DNA from: Octopus sinensis
Lineage: Eukaryota
Direction: 5' to 3'
NCBI RefSeq assembly: GCF_006345805.1
Contig: NC_043013.1
Location: 11,532,001-11,596,000, forward strand
Length of the DNA stretch: 64,000 nucleotides
Shown: positions 12,631-26,510 of the stretch, one piece after another
Layout: each line of letters opens with the position of its first letter
Position numbering within the stretch: the stretch's first letter is position 1
The notes under the pieces: generated by a model
What the model saw: only the letters and a program-made list of their open reading frames with translations
What the model was told of the DNA's origin: nothing
Database searches by the model: none
Made by a program: the position numbers and the translations under genes

Positions 12631-13800
12631 TTTCTTTAGTCTTCTGTCAAGTAACAAGGACCTCAGACAGATAATACTTTCCATAAGATGCGCCCTGTGC
12701 TCAATAAGGCTGTTTTTTGCAAGACATCAATCTTGCATAGGATTTCCAGTTGCCTTAAGAAGTCTTGAGATTACGATGGGATTGAGCCCAACGCTCCGAT
12801 CTCCACTGGTATCATTTTTACATTACCCTCTCACATTCCATTCAGTCTTGCCATTTCCACTTTCAATTTGGAGTACATGGTGATTTTTTCAACCTTTTTA
12901 CTCATAACATTCACGTCATTTGTAATGGCTTCATCAATGATCTGACAGTATTTATCTCTCTTATTCAATATGGCAATTTCCGTCCGATCGTGTTCGATTA
13001 CACGATCCGTCTGAAAATCATAGTCCCAGAGTCCCAGAGTGACGTTACTTTTCCAGTCTTCTGAATAACTTTACTTGGTACATCCTCATACCAGTTCTCT
13101 GTTACTTCGTATTGGTATTTACAGCAAATGGGCCAATGAAGATACTCACACGCTTTATCGTGGCGGCGATTGTATTCTTTTTGTGCAAGGCTCTCACATC
13201 CACTTACCAAGTGGCTCACATTCTCCACACCCTTTCCACAGTGTCTTCATTTCTGGGTGTCAAAAGTTTTATAGATGTCATACTTCACTGAATTGGTAGC
13301 GAGAGACTGGTCTTGCGCAGCAATGATCAGGCTTTCAAATCACCTGGCTCAAGCCATGCTTACGATACTGTATTAATCTTAACGTCCTGTGTATTCCTTT
13401 CAAACTGTCCATGCATTCTCATTTCAAGAAGGTCTTCTTTTCCCTTCTCTTCATCTCATTGTTTAAACTCTTCCTCACCCATCATTTCATCTGCATTTAC
13501 ATCCATATCTTTCGCGGCATATTACAGCAGGGCTTCATCGGTAAGCATCCTTACGCAATGGTCTATACTAATTAGTCCTCTGTCACTGTACTTTCTTTTC
13601 ATATACAGTGTGTTTACGTTTGCTTTACGGTGAATCGCCCCATGCAATGTCACCAAATTTCTCGCCCTTCTATCCAGTGTTGCTATTTCCTCCTTGGCCC
13701 ATTTGAGGATGAACGCACTATATCTGATCATCACAACTGCCCAGATATTCATTGCGGTAATCAAATTTTTGGCATTCAGGTTAGATTTTAACACCATCTT
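12630..13800 (-). mobile_element. R4/Dong-type LINE fragment (RT C-terminus, CCHC knuckle, RLE endonuclease), second subfamily
   Basis: ORFs LNAKNLITAMNIWAVVMIRYS...RGLISID and ENVSHLVSGCESLAQKEYNRRHD parallel the 25092-26408 ORF; bounded by (TTA)n at 13855-13910. Confidence 0.85.
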
Positions 13801-13856
13801 CTCCCTTTTTTTGATACGCGTCGCTGACCTTGACTTTTAGCTCTCTGTTTATAATA

Positions 13857-13910
<54 letters not shown>

Positions 13911-14257
13911 TATCAGTTTACACACACACACACACAACACACACACACACACACATTTTCAAGCATCTTAGTAATGATCCACAGATGTTTTTCTATCACG
14001 TTTATTTTTCTGACTAAATTGAAGCCCTGATTGCAACTGATTTATTATATATATATATTCATATATAAATAAATTTTTTTTCAGAATGAGATCAAAATTC
14101 AAGGCTGTGAAATATTTCACATCATTTATAAATCACCGGACTCCTCATTCACATAATCACCGAACCTGGAGCTTAACTATAAGTCTGTCCCTAGCACTTA
14201 CTCGGCATTACCTGAAACCTTTGGGTCTTATTGACACCATTATCTCTCATAGCCTGT

Positions 14258-14342
<85 letters not shown>

Positions 14343-14465
14343 CAAGAACGCAAAACATCCGGACAACTAAGTGATACAAAAAGGACAACAAAACATCCAG
14401 ATAGACGATTCAAAAAAACAAGGACGAGTCATGCACACACATACATATATACATCTCACTCTCCT

Positions 14466-14529
<64 letters not shown>

Positions 14530-14932
14530 GGCGCAGGAGTGGCTGTGTGGTAGGTAGCTTGTTTACCAACCACATGGTTCCGGGTTCAGTCCCACTGCGT
14601 GGCACCTTGGGCAAGTGTCTTCTACTATAACCTCGGGCCGACCAAAGCCTTGTGAGTGGATTTGGTAGACGGAAACTGAAAGAAGCCTGTCGTATATATG
14701 TATATATATATGCGTGTGTGTGTTTGTGAGTCTGTGTTTGTCCCCCTAGCATTGCTTGACAACCGATGCTGGTGTGTTTATGTCCCCGTTACTTAGCGGT
14801 TCGGTAAAAGAGACCGATAGAATAAGTAATGGGCTTACAAAAGAATAAGTCCCAGGGTCGAGTTGCTCGATTAAAGTCGGTACTCCAGCATGGCCGCAGT
14901 CAAATGACTGAAACAAGTAAAAAAGAAAGAGA
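14530..14932 (+). mobile_element. SINE family A, young full-length copy
   Basis: GGCGCAGGAGTGGCTGTGTGG (A box), GGTTCAGTCCC (B box), CCTTGGGCAAGT core-like motif, internal microsatellite, tail CCAGCATGGCCGCAGTCAAATGACTGAAACAAG. Confidence 0.92.
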
Positions 14933-15001
14933 AAAAGAGAATATATACATACACTCGCGCATACATATATACATCTATCTATCTATCTATCTATCTATCT
15001 A

Positions 15002-15076
<75 letters not shown>

Positions 15077-15204
15077 CGAGAGACAGTGAGAGAGTGAGAG
15101 AGAGAGAGAGAGAAAGAGAGAGAAAGAGAGAGAGAGGATGTATGATTTATGATACATGAGGTGTGTGCATATAGATGTTTATGTATGTGTGTGTGTATTT
15201 TACA

Positions 15205-15258
<54 letters not shown>

Positions 15259-16147
15259 CACAGACAGTCAAATAGCTAGATAGATGGAAATATGTGTAAG
15301 TTCCCAAAAGTATGTATCTATGTTTATAAAATATACGCAGATGGGGATGAATATTTTTGAGAGCGAGAATTTGGCGTGTGTGCGTTTCTTATAATTGTGT
15401 TCGTGTGTTTGTTACAAGCGAAACCTATCGAGCACATTCATCAGAAGTAGCAAGACAATGCTGTGAAAGGCTTTACTACTTATTAACGAAATCGATAAAT
15501 GAACTAAACACATGCAGATAATCCTCCCTTCGAAGCAATTTTATAATAGGCGAATCAGTGGAGCATCGTGTAAAAATGTATTTTGCCATGGTTTTTCATG
15601 TCATGTGTTCGAATCTTTCTCAAGCTATTGACATTCATAATCTTTGTGTATACTAGGCATCGGTCTGCGCTCACGCTGGGCAAAGAGCTCGAAGGAATTA
15701 GTCTAAAGAAAGCGACCAAACAGATTAGATTTTATTTCAAAGTCTGGTTCTCATTCTATTTGCGTTTGTTTTCGAACCGCTACGTCACGGGAACTGAAAT
15801 AATCTGACTTCAGATTTCAAGCGTTCGGAGAACAAACACAACGACACGCATGCACAAATGCTCACACGCACACACACAGACAGACAAACAGACACACACA
15901 CGCACGGTTACGTGCGTAGGTGCATGTGCGTGCATGCATGCATATGTATATATATATAAGCATGTATGTATAAACATGTGTATATATATATATATGTGTG
16001 TGTGCATGTATGTATAAACATGTATATATATATGTATATATATATATATACATGTACATGTAGGCATGTATGTATATGTATATACACATACACACATCAA
16101 ACTCACACACACACACATAAACACACAAACGCACACACACAACTACG

Positions 16148-16366
16148 TACACAAGGGGGCTAAACACAGAGGGCACAAATACGGACAGACAAAGGGATTA
16201 AGTCGATTACATCGACCCTAGTGCGTAACTGGTAATTAATTTATCGACCCCGAAAAGATGAAAGGCAAAATCGACTTCGGCGGAATTTGAACTCGGAACG
16301 TCATGACAAACGAAATACGGCTACGCATTTCGCCCGATGTGCTAACGTTTCTGCCAGCTCGCCGCC
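16148..16366 (-). mobile_element. SINE family B (tail type 1), full length
   Basis: Reverse complement of the 17897 and 36520 copies. Confidence 0.9.
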
Positions 16367-16632
16367 TTCGTGCATACATACATATATACATACACACACC
16401 GAACACATACAGCTTTGATTGACCTAGGGTTACAGCAGAAGAAAATTGCCCGAGTTGCAACAGAGCTATAAGCCCTTGTCAATCAAGGCCGTGTAAGTGA
16501 GTTCGGTGTATGTATGTTTGTATCCATACATCGATAAGTGTTGTCGAGATATGAACGAAATCAACGTAAAAGCGAACCTCTTATCAGCAGCTAGAAATAG
16601 TAGTACAAAGTCCCTCAAATCATGTCTTATCG

Positions 16633-16750
16633 CAGTGGTTCCCAAATAATTTTTCACAGTAGTTCCCAACACCTTTATGTAAATGAATTTTCCCAAGGAC
16701 CCCTTTTAATATGCTTATGTTTTTTACATACATACACACACACACATATA

Positions 16751-16806
<56 letters not shown>

Positions 16807-17507
16807 TATTTTTGGCATCCTTTTTGTCTCGGGAGACAATAGAGTTGCGCATAAAATAGTCCAGTCCAGCTTTTACATTTCATGTCCTGATACATTTCCT
16901 GCTTTGGATGTGTAGTCCTATCCTGGACAAACAGTCCCTCTGGCAGGTACCTCAAATGTAGCGAAGACTGTTCCTGGCTGGTTGTAGTGTCATACTTTCT
17001 TGTTGACGTCTTTTCTTGTCTTTCCATTTCTCCTCTCTCTCTCTCTTTCACTCCTTTGTATTCCCACTTTTACGGTACGTCGCCAATCTCCACGGTTGCT
17101 GGCAATTGCTTCCCATCTGCTAATGTTGATGTTGCAGGCCTTTATGTCCCTTTTGCAAACATCCTTGTAACGTAAGGACGTTCTACCCACAGACCTAGTA
17201 CCCCTAGCAAGCTCCCCGTAGTGTATGTCCTTGGGGATTCTGCCATATTTCATACGGCTAACATGCCCAAGCTATCTCATACGTCTTTGTGCGAGGAGTG
17301 CAAACATGCTTGGTATTCCTGCTTGCTTGAGGACATCTTTGCTGGGGATAAGATTCTGCCATTTGATGCGGATATATATATATATATATCTATGTATATA
17401 TATACATATATGTGTGTGTGTGAAATTTTGAATCTAGTACATGCCCCCCCCCGTACTAAATTTGTGAACCACCAGGGGGTTTGTGGATTGCAGGTTGGGA
17501 ACCACTG
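16633..17507 (+). mobile_element. hAT (Charlie-like) MITE carrying a nested RTE fragment
   Basis: TIRs CAGTGGTTCCCAA / TTGGGAACCACTG; 8-bp TSD TCTTATCG / CCTTATCG. Confidence 0.85.
16810..17350 (-). mobile_element. RTE-clade LINE 3' fragment
   Basis: GRIPKDIHYGELARGTRSVGRTSLRYKDVCKRD...NRGDWR, terminal CQRDCLSRIGLHI zinc-finger-like motif, 3' end ATTGTCTCCCGAGACAAAAAGGATGCC. Confidence 0.85.
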
Positions 17508-17636
17508 CCTTATCGTTTTAAAATTTGGGTCACATTCGGTAACAGGACTATGTGTGCAATATGTTAGGACAGAGGACGGGATGGTCACGTTAAATGCCTG
17601 TGGCCTAGGTCTATTTCAAACATGATGATGAAAAGA

Positions 17637-17668
<32 letters not shown>

Positions 17669-17896
17669 CATCATCATCATCATCATCATCTTCAGCGTCT
17701 GATCTACAGTGTTGCTGTGCCCTTGCGCTGCACACATGACTACTCGTACTTAACTCGCTACCTATATTTCAAATGTAGGAATTTGATCTAGTTTACAGGA
17801 TAGTATACGTTTGTAATAGAATGACTGGATACAGCAAAATAACGACCGGTGCAATCAGTTACTTCTCTATCAGACTTATAGTATTAAGCAGTCATA

Positions 17897-18129
17897 AGGC
17901 GGTGAGCTGGCAGAAACGTTAGCACGCCCGGCGAGATGCTTAGCGGTATTTCGTCCGCCACTGCGTTATGAGCTCAGATTGCGCCGAGGTCGACTTTGCA
18001 TTTCATTCTTTCGAGGTCGATAAATTAAGTACCAGTTGCGCACAGGGGTCGATATAATCAACTTAACCCCTTTGTCTCTCCTTGTTTGTCTCCTCCTACG
18101 TTTAGCCCCTTGTGGGCAAGAAAGAAATA
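17897..18129 (+). mobile_element. SINE family B (tail type 1), full length
   Basis: GGCGGTGAGCTGGCAGAAACGTTAGCAC...GGTCGATAAATTAAGTACC...GTGGGCAAGAAAGAAATA. Confidence 0.9.
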
Positions 18130-18176
18130 AGCATTAAGCAGTTACTGTGCTTAATGCTACCGGTCAAGAAACACGT

Positions 18177-18289
<113 letters not shown>

Positions 18290-19233
18290 CTTTGGTTTGC
18301 TTCAATTATTGGATTGCGGCTATGCTGAAGTAACACTTTGAATGTTTTAATGAAACATAACTAGTTCCTGAGTCAAGTAGTGTTCTTTCAGTCCCCTTTG
18401 ACGAAGAGCAAAGTTATAGGGATGTTAAATACCAACGTTGGTTGTCAGGTGATGGAGAAGGAGACAAATACCCCACAAAGACTCTCACACACATATATGT
18501 ACACGACAGTCTTCCATAAAATTTTCGTCTACGAAATTCATTCAAAAAGCTTTGGTCGTCTATCGAATACGAGAAAACGCCCAGAATTGATCAGAATAAA
18601 GAATTAGACTTGTACTGCTTTCGATTGGTACGCTTCGAAGGATCTCAAGTAGAATTCCAGAGTATATCATATACCACTACGGCGGATATATTAGGAACTT
18701 ATCTTTGATAATATAATATCCATTTCACTCCATCTCAACCGCATGAGGAATACCTTGAAAAAGGCTGTACAAGAATATCAGTCTTTAGACCAGATTTTGT
18801 ACTATAAATGATTTAATATAACTTGATTAGATACAGAGAGTTACACTATCTAAGACACACATAAAGGAGAAACACGTGTCAGAATATTTTGTCTTTTTAC
18901 ATGCACAAATGTTCGCTTGAAAGATAGCTGCACGAATGTATCTTCGTAGGAATATATGTATGTACACATACACTCACGTCATTCTAATATATCTTTTGTC
19001 TTAATAACGGTCAATTACATAGTAATTTCCCTTTGTTTAACGGTCATTTTCATGGCATATTTTAATTGTCTCGATAACTGAAAAGATGCCGGTGAAGTTT
19101 TCCACCTCAACATCCGAAATTCGGAGTTTTATTATGGCATCCGAATATTTGTTACATATTATATTAGACAAATTCCTTTATTTACATAATATCGTGGTCT
19201 CTTTCATTGTTTTGTTGTCTTACTATTACTATT

Positions 19234-19274
<41 letters not shown>

Positions 19275-19644
19275 CGAGCAAAACGACATCTCCCCCATCC
19301 AATGGATGGTGCTGAATCATATCTGCTGAATAAAAAGCAATCAGTGTTTTCTTTTCATTAAAAAATAATTAAGCATGCCATTATTTCGATAAAATTTTGG
19401 GTTTTGTTAAACGAAGTTAAGGCAAAAAAAAAAAAAGAATTCTTGAGAAACCAAATAGTCTTTCCTTCCTTCATGCCAAGTTCGAAGAAAATATCTCTTT
19501 TGCATCTTACGTTTTTGGTCTCTTAAATATACTGCATCTTGTGGCATTATTTCAAGCCAGCAGGCTTTTTTTGCGCAAACTGCACGTTCCCACGGCTTTA
19601 TCGATCGCATTCTCATCTGGAATCGATTTTATTGAACATAAACA

Positions 19645-19900
19645 AACCAGCATCAGTTGTCAAGCGAAGGCGTGGGGAACAAACGCAGACATAAACACAT
19701 AATATACATATATTTTATATATATATATATATACATACACGACGGGTTTCTTTCAGTTTCCGTCTACCGAATCCACTCACAATGCTTTGGTCGGCTCGAG
19801 GATATAGTTAGAAGACACTTGCTCAATGTGCTACGCAATGGGACTGAACACGGAACCATGTGATTGGGATGGAAGCTTCTTACCACACAGCCACACCTGC
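19645..19900 (-). mobile_element. SINE family A, 5' and central part
   Basis: GACGGGTTTCTTTCAGTTTCCGTCTACC...GGGACTGAACACGGAACCATGTG...CCACACAGCCAC. Confidence 0.8.
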
Positions 19901-20852
19901 AACTATATTCACATGTACATGTATAATATATATGTATATGTGTGCGTATGTGTCTGCGTGTTTGTGTTTATGTATGTATGTGCATATTTTGGAAGGAATA
20001 GTATACAAATTGATAACAGATTACTATCAGGAGAGATGAAAATTTATGAAAGAAATTTACGCCACCAGAAAAAAAAAATGAAAAAGGAGTACACGCAAAA
20101 ACAAAGCGAAAGAATTTGAAATAGATCGAGTTAAAACAGAACAGTGTTGACGTGTGAATCAAGCGTTTTCATCCGGGCTTTTCAAGATCAAAATATGTTA
20201 TGTTTATGAATCGATTGCTTAGCAACGTTTTCATTTGTGTCTCTTTAAGAAGAGTTGTTACGTGTTTAGAAAATTCACTGATAAAATATTTTTGTGGATC
20301 GTCCCTTGAACATTTAAAAAAAAAAATCATATCGCGAATTTTTATTCCTCCAGATTTCTTTTGAAATAAGCCAAAAGCGAACTACAAAGGTTTCATAAGA
20401 TATAAAACACCCTTCACCAGTTCATTAAATTTACAATAGAAACCAGCAGAAAAGGAGTACCATTTTCGGATATCCTGGTAAATCTATGTAACTCCATAGC
20501 GACAACATATATATTTTAAAAAAATACAGATTCGCATCAACGTTTGAATGTCTTTGTTCATGCCATCCATCACAAATGAAACAAAATATTCCATACTGTA
20601 TTGTAAGATGAATATACACGGTGGCGGTTGATATGGAACTACACATTCAACTCGTTGAACTTAGAGGCTTCAAAATGGGAAAGAAAAAATACATTTCTCG
20701 AAAACAGACCAGGAGATTGCTTCTTGATATATTTCTTGAAAATAGAACAGGTTATTAAAAGAAAAAGAAATTGGAAATATCTCATCTTGGCCAAAAAATG
20801 TGTAGGCTCTTATTCCGATGGTCAACACCGTTAATCTCGGAGGGTTAAGCAT

Positions 20853-21018
20853 ACTCTTTTACTCTCTTCTACTCGTTTCAGTCATTTGACTGTGACCATG
20901 CTGGAGCACCGCCTTTAGTCGAAGAAATCGACCCCCAGGGCTTATTCTTTGTGAGCCTAGTACTTATTCTATCGGTCTGTTTTGCCGAACCGCTAAGTTA
21001 CGGGGACGTAAACACACC
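20853..21018 (-). mobile_element. SINE family A, 3' half
   Basis: TTTCAGTCATTTGACTGTGACCATGCTGGAGCACCGCC...GCCGAACCGCTAAGTTACGGGG. Confidence 0.85.
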
Positions 21019-21430
21019 TCTCTCCCATTCATCTTGATCTTCCATAATAGTCCTCAGCTCCTGTAACCCTTCCATACCAGTATCCTCCAGCAAGTTGTCG
21101 GTATAGATCGTATTCCTCCTTCTCTTGGTGCCTCTTTCTGTTAGTTGCCAGAGCACTAGCTTTTTAGCAATTTCATTGGTATGTCTGATGCAGTGTCCAG
21201 CCAACCTCATCTTTCAATGCTGTATCTTCCATGTTACTTTTGGTAGTCCCTGGTATAAGTTGGCGTTTGTTGTTTGACTCCTCCAGGAGACATTGAGTGC
21301 CATTTTCTAAACATCCTCGTATAACAATCATCCAACTGCTTCTTCAAGGCTTTTGTGAGCGTCCATGTTTCAGCCCCGCAGAGAACAACAGACTCCACTG
21401 GTTACCAGAAACAACATGGAGTTCAAAGTT
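21019..21430 (-). mobile_element. RTE-type LINE fragment
   Basis: Minus frames give GAETWTLTKALKKQLD and MRLAGHCIRH...LVLWQ...YTDNLLEDTG. Confidence 0.75.
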
Positions 21431-21479
21431 AGTAAGGAAATTGAAAGTGAGGTTGAAAGTGATATCCTCCACTCTTGCC

Positions 21480-22494
21480 ATTTTCCAACTTACATCAACC
21501 GTTTTATAAATACACTCGAGGGCAGCACTTCCCTATCCAATCTCACTTTCTTTTTCAAGTAAAACTTGAAAAAGTCGATGAAAGCTTTTCCGAAGACAAA
21601 TGTCTCTGTTCTCATTCTTTTCAGCTTCATCCACCAGACAACCCCTTTCGCTACAGCAGCCAGGCAAGGGAAAAATGCCTTACCTGCTCGATTGAAGGAG
21701 GGCAGCGGGGTAAATCATTACTACTCAGATGACAAACGGATCCATCTCGCACGCGTCAGATGACAAACGGATCCGTTTCGTACAAGTCAGCAATTACCGG
21801 ACACTGAACAAGTGCATGCAGAACTGTTTCGTCGCTCTGCGTACACCTCGAACAAGCCCGTCTGACAACACAACCGTGCTTGTAGAGTTTATCTGGAACC
21901 GGTAGCGCCCCACCTCCTCGGTAACACTGCCAAGCCAAAGACATCTGGAAATTATCCATAATAGTCCTCAATCGAAAAGTACTCCGGAACACACTAGTCA
22001 TTTCATCTTCGTCAACATCTAGAGACTCCCCTTGGACGTCGTCGCACTCTCCTGTCGCTAATTCTATATAGATAGCTAAAGTGGAACATCCACCAAACCT
22101 ATTGCATGACTGATGGATAATGAGCGCCTGAGGACATTCTAAGTGCCAGGCACCCAGTCTTGGTCTATCCTTCACCCAGGACTGCAGCTCCGTCAAAGAA
22201 ACGAGTCGCAGAAACATGTGCCTCACAAACGGTATCTACACGTTCACCTTCTAGAAATTGTTGCTGTTGGTAAAACCTGAGTACATGTCTGCACATCAAA
22301 AGTCGCCACGTAGAGGGAACTGACAGCAGATTGATCGCCTGACCAATGGAACATGTCCCTTCTACAAGAACATGAACAAGAGACGCTGTAACTTCATCAA
22401 GCAATAACTGGTCACGCACGGCGGTCAAACGATAAATGGTAACGAAGGCGATGTCGGCATTCGCCACATCTGCCCGACCTTTCTTGTTGCCCAC
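21480..22494 (-). mobile_element. Tx1/L1-clade LINE ORF2 C-terminal fragment
   Basis: CCHC knuckle CSRCTQSDETVLHALVQC preceded by SLAWQCYRGGGALPV, typical of Tx1/L1 C-termini. Confidence 0.7.
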
Positions 22495-22668
22495 TCCTGG
22501 CTAAAAAGGAATATATTCACAGACAAGACAGAGTTGGGACCTATATACAGTGGAAGCTATGTCAACATTATGGAATAACAACAGAAAAAAAGATGGAATA
22601 GGCGCACGCTAAAAAAGGTCACAAAAATGAGAAAGCAACCACATTCTGGGATACACCAATACACACAG
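22489..22668 (+). mobile_element. Short fragment of the same Dong family as 23653-26510
   Basis: Close match by eye to 25892-26070 (CCTGGCTAA.AAGGAATATATTCACAGACA...GGAAGCTATGTCAACATTATGGAATAACAACAGAAAAAAGATGG). Confidence 0.85.
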
Positions 22669-22689
22669 TAAGTTTCAGTCATGAAGCTT

Positions 22690-23545
22690 AATCAGCAATT
22701 TAAAAAGTCTCTTGGCCAACAAGTTAACAATAAGAATGACCGAAGATACCCAAATACTGATAGTCCTACCATTGCTTTTCCTGATTTAAAAATTAACAAT
22801 CAGAAAGACCATAGAGATCCAAACAACGACAAACCTATTGTTGATGCAAAAAACATCAAACAAAAATTATAGAAGGCTTGCATGAGTAATATCGAAGACA
22901 ACTAGAAAGGTAAACTCATGCTTGGAAAATAACCTAAATGCCTGCCCAAGTCAGATAGTGATCATGATCTAACGCACTAATGGCTACAAGGAACAGGTCC
23001 GCAAGGTGAAATAGAAACTTTTGTTATTGCAGCGCAAGGTAGGAGCTTAACCTACCAGAAACTACCTTGCAAGCGTCCTTAAAGATAGATCTGACACCAC
23101 CATGCGGAATTTGCAGAAAATTCACAGAGAATTGATCATGTCGTTTCTGGCTGCCCAGTTCTCAATAAAAAGGAGTATCTCGTAAGATATGACAAACTAG
23201 GAATTCTTGTAAACACTGGAATTCTTGTAAATACGACAAAATTAATCCCATAATAAGTGGTACAGACAACATCCAGAAAATGTAGTAAAAGGCGAGAGCG
23301 TCACCATCCTTTGGAACTTCCTAATACAAGCAGTCAGAAAAGTTGACACCAGTAGACCAGACATTGTGATCAAGGAATACAACAGTGGAAATTGTCTGTT
23401 AATAGATATACGTATCTGTCCCACAAGATCAAAAGAAAGGAATACGAAAAGCTTTCTCACTATAAAGATCTACAAATTGAATACACAAAATGTGGAAGCT
23501 TAGTACTACGATAATACCAGTTGTAATTGGTGCGTTGGGAATTAT
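22690..23545 (+). mobile_element. Older Dong-type LINE 3' fragment
   Basis: Broken frames: IDHVVSGCPVLNKKEYL, RPDIVIKEYNSGNCLLIDI, IPVVIGALGI; runs into (GAT/TAA)n. Confidence 0.75.
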
Positions 23546-23590
23546 GATGATGATGATAATGATAATAATAATAATAATAATAATAAGGGG

Positions 23591-23652
<62 letters not shown>
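23546..23652. repeat. (GAT)n-(TAA)n microsatellite (Dong target-type tract)
   Basis: Visible; directly 5' of the main Dong copy. Confidence 0.95.
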
Positions 23653-23654
<2 letters not shown>

Positions 23655-26510
23655 GAAGGGGAGCCTAATGATTATGATAATTTAAAAAATAAAATTAAAA
23701 AAAATTAGAAAAGACCTGTCGATTCTTAATGAAATCAGCAAACAATCAACGCTACTGAGCAACAAAAAGAGAACAAAAATACTCCGCAAATATAACATCA
23801 CAGAAAAAGATTTGCCGGAGATAAAAGAAAAGCTGAAGCAAGATATCCTTGCCAAAGCTCAAAGGATCCGCCGGTACGAGAAACGCCAACGCTTCTTTGA
23901 ACAAAACAAAAAGTTCAACTCCAACCCCAAAAAGTTCTACCAAGAACTGGGCAAAAATAAAATAGAAGTCACTGCAGCACCAACGGCAGAAGAATTGGAA
24001 GAATTCTGGAGAGAAATATGGTCGGCGAACGAACAGCCAAAAAAGAGGAGTATCAAAATAACAAACTCGGCATCTGAACAACTTTAGACCCCCATAACAA
24101 CTGAAGAGGTCACCCAGGCACTGCAAAAACTAAGCAACTGGAAGGCACCTGGGCATGACAAGATCCCCAACTTCTGGTTGAAATATCTAACAGGAATGCA
24201 CAAAAAGCTGGCTGAAAACTTTAACACCATACTAGCAGAGCCAGAGACAATGCCTGGAATGGCTCACGAAGGGGAAAACCATCTTAATTCCCAAATCAAA
24301 TGAAACAGCAAAACCAGAAAACTACAGACCAATAACCTGCCTCCCTACTATGTTCAAGGCATTTACTGCAGTGATATCGCAAAGGCTGAACAAGCACCTG
24401 GACGAAAACAAACTGTTCCCAGAAGAGCAGAAAGGATGTCCGCAAAGGCTCATATGGCTGTAAAGATCAACTAATGATTAATAAAGCCGTAACTGAAGAC
24501 AGCCACAGAAAGAAGAAAGGCCTCAGTATGGCCTGGATTGACTACAAAAAGGCGTTTGATAGCATCCCCCACACATGGATCCTCGAAACACTAGCCATTA
24601 ACAAAGTAGCACCAACAATCATAAAATTCATAGAGCACTCTATGAATAAATGGCAAACAGTCCTACACCTCCAAACAAAAGAGGGACTCATGAAAACCAA
24701 AGACATCCCCATTAGAAGAGGAATATTCCAGGGAGACACGCTCTCTCCACTCCTTTTCTGCTTGGCACTGTCACCTCTATCTGATATGCTAAATAGAACT
24801 GGATGCGGATATAAATGTTACGGCAAAACGATCAGCCACCTTTTATATATGGATAACCTAAAACTATACGCTGCAAATGACAAACAGCTGGAAACACTAT
24901 TAAGACAGTTCATGGATTTACCAAAGAAATAGATATGAAATTTGGATTAGAAAAATGCGCCAAAGTAACCATGAAAGAGGAAAACTAGTTAAGAGTAACA
25001 ACATCACACTAGATGAAATAAAAGAATTAGACCAAGCCAAACTTACAAATACTTAGGAATCCATGAACTAGATAAGACACAACACACACAAATGAAAGAG
25101 AAAATAAAAAAAGAATATTATAGACGAGTTAGATCAATACTAAAAACAGAGCTCAATGCTAAAAACAAGATAATAGGTATCAACACTTTAGCTGTCCCAG
25201 TTATAAGTTACAGCTACAATATCCTTAACTGGACACGAAATGAACTGTCCAAAATAGATAGGAAAACAAGAAAAATAATGACAGGATCTAGGATGCATCA
25301 CCCAAAATATGACATAGAAAGACTATATATACAACGTATAGAAGGTGGTAGAGGCCTTATACAGCTGGAAAACTACTATAAAATAACCACCATAGGACTG
25401 CAAAAATATCTACTTCAGAAGGAAGGAAAACTGATCCAGATAGCGGCAAAACACGAGCAAAACAAAAAACTGTTCTCAGTATTTAAGGAAGCTGACAAAT
25501 ACAAACAAGAAATCATACCACCTAATAAACAAGAAGAAGAAGAAGAAGAAGAAGAAGAAGAAGATAAAGAAACAACAAAAGCTATAAAACAAATGAAATC
25601 CAAACTAAAAATAGAACAGCAACGAACCATGATAAAACGATGGCAAGAAAAGCCCCTTCATGGTAAATACTGGACTAAACTAAACGCAAAAGAAATAGAC
25701 AAAGAAAAATCCCAGCAATGGTTGAGAAGCTCAGGACTCAAAGCAGTAAACAGAGGGATTTTTAATTGCAGCACAAGACCAAAGCCTCCCCACCAGAAAT
25801 TACCAAAAACATGTAATGAAAAAAATATTACAAGTAACTGCAGAATATGTGGAGATGGACAAGAAACAATAAATCATATTATCTCTAGCTGCCCAGTCCT
25901 GGCTAAGAAGGAATATATTCACAGACATGACAGAGTTGAAACCTACATACATTGGAAGCTATGTCAACATTATGGAATAACAACAGAAAAAAGATGGTAT
26001 AGGCACACACCAGAAAAGGTCACAGAAAACGAGAAAGCAACCATACTCTGGGATATGCCGATACACACAGATAGAGAAATTAAGGCCAACAGACCAGATA
26101 TAGTTGTCAGAGATCATGAAGAAAAAAAATGCTTTCTAATTGATGTATCAATACCGGCAGATGACAACGTGTCTCTAAAAGAAATGGAGAAACTCTCAAA
26201 ATACAAAGACCTGGAAATAGAGGTAACTAGAATGTGGAATCTGAAAACAGAAACAATTGCTATCATAGTAGGTGCATTAGGCATGATAAAAAAATATTCA
26301 GACAAATACATAACAAAAACACCAGGACTTACAAACACATATAACATACAGAAAATTGCACAACTAGGCACTGCACACATCCTACGCAGAACACTTTCCA
26401 TACAATAACCATCAGAGCATCACAACAAATCACAGCACATACCCAAGGCACACAGAGCTGCGCTCGGTAGTGAAGTGAAAGCACGCTATAAAAATAAAAC
26501 TACTGAATAA
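23653..26510 (+). mobile_element. R4/Dong-clade non-LTR retrotransposon (RT + CCHC + RLE endonuclease), 5'-truncated, several frameshifts
   Basis: WKAPGHDKIPNFWLK, NYRPITCLPT, IDYKKAFDSIPH, GIFQGDTLSPLLF, YMDN(D), CRICGDGQETINHIISSC, NRPDIVV...IDVSIP...EKLSKY; 3' UTR ends in (TAA)n. Confidence 0.93.

Noticed and set aside
14530-14600. tRNA-like A/B boxes at SINE heads (also 29275, 42842, 45811, 55785)
   Set aside because: They continue into SINE bodies and lack a full cloverleaf and acceptor stem; not tRNA genes.
21725-21774. Short tandem duplications inside LINE fragments (also 23200-23231)
   Set aside because: Ordinary post-insertion slippage duplications with no wider pattern.
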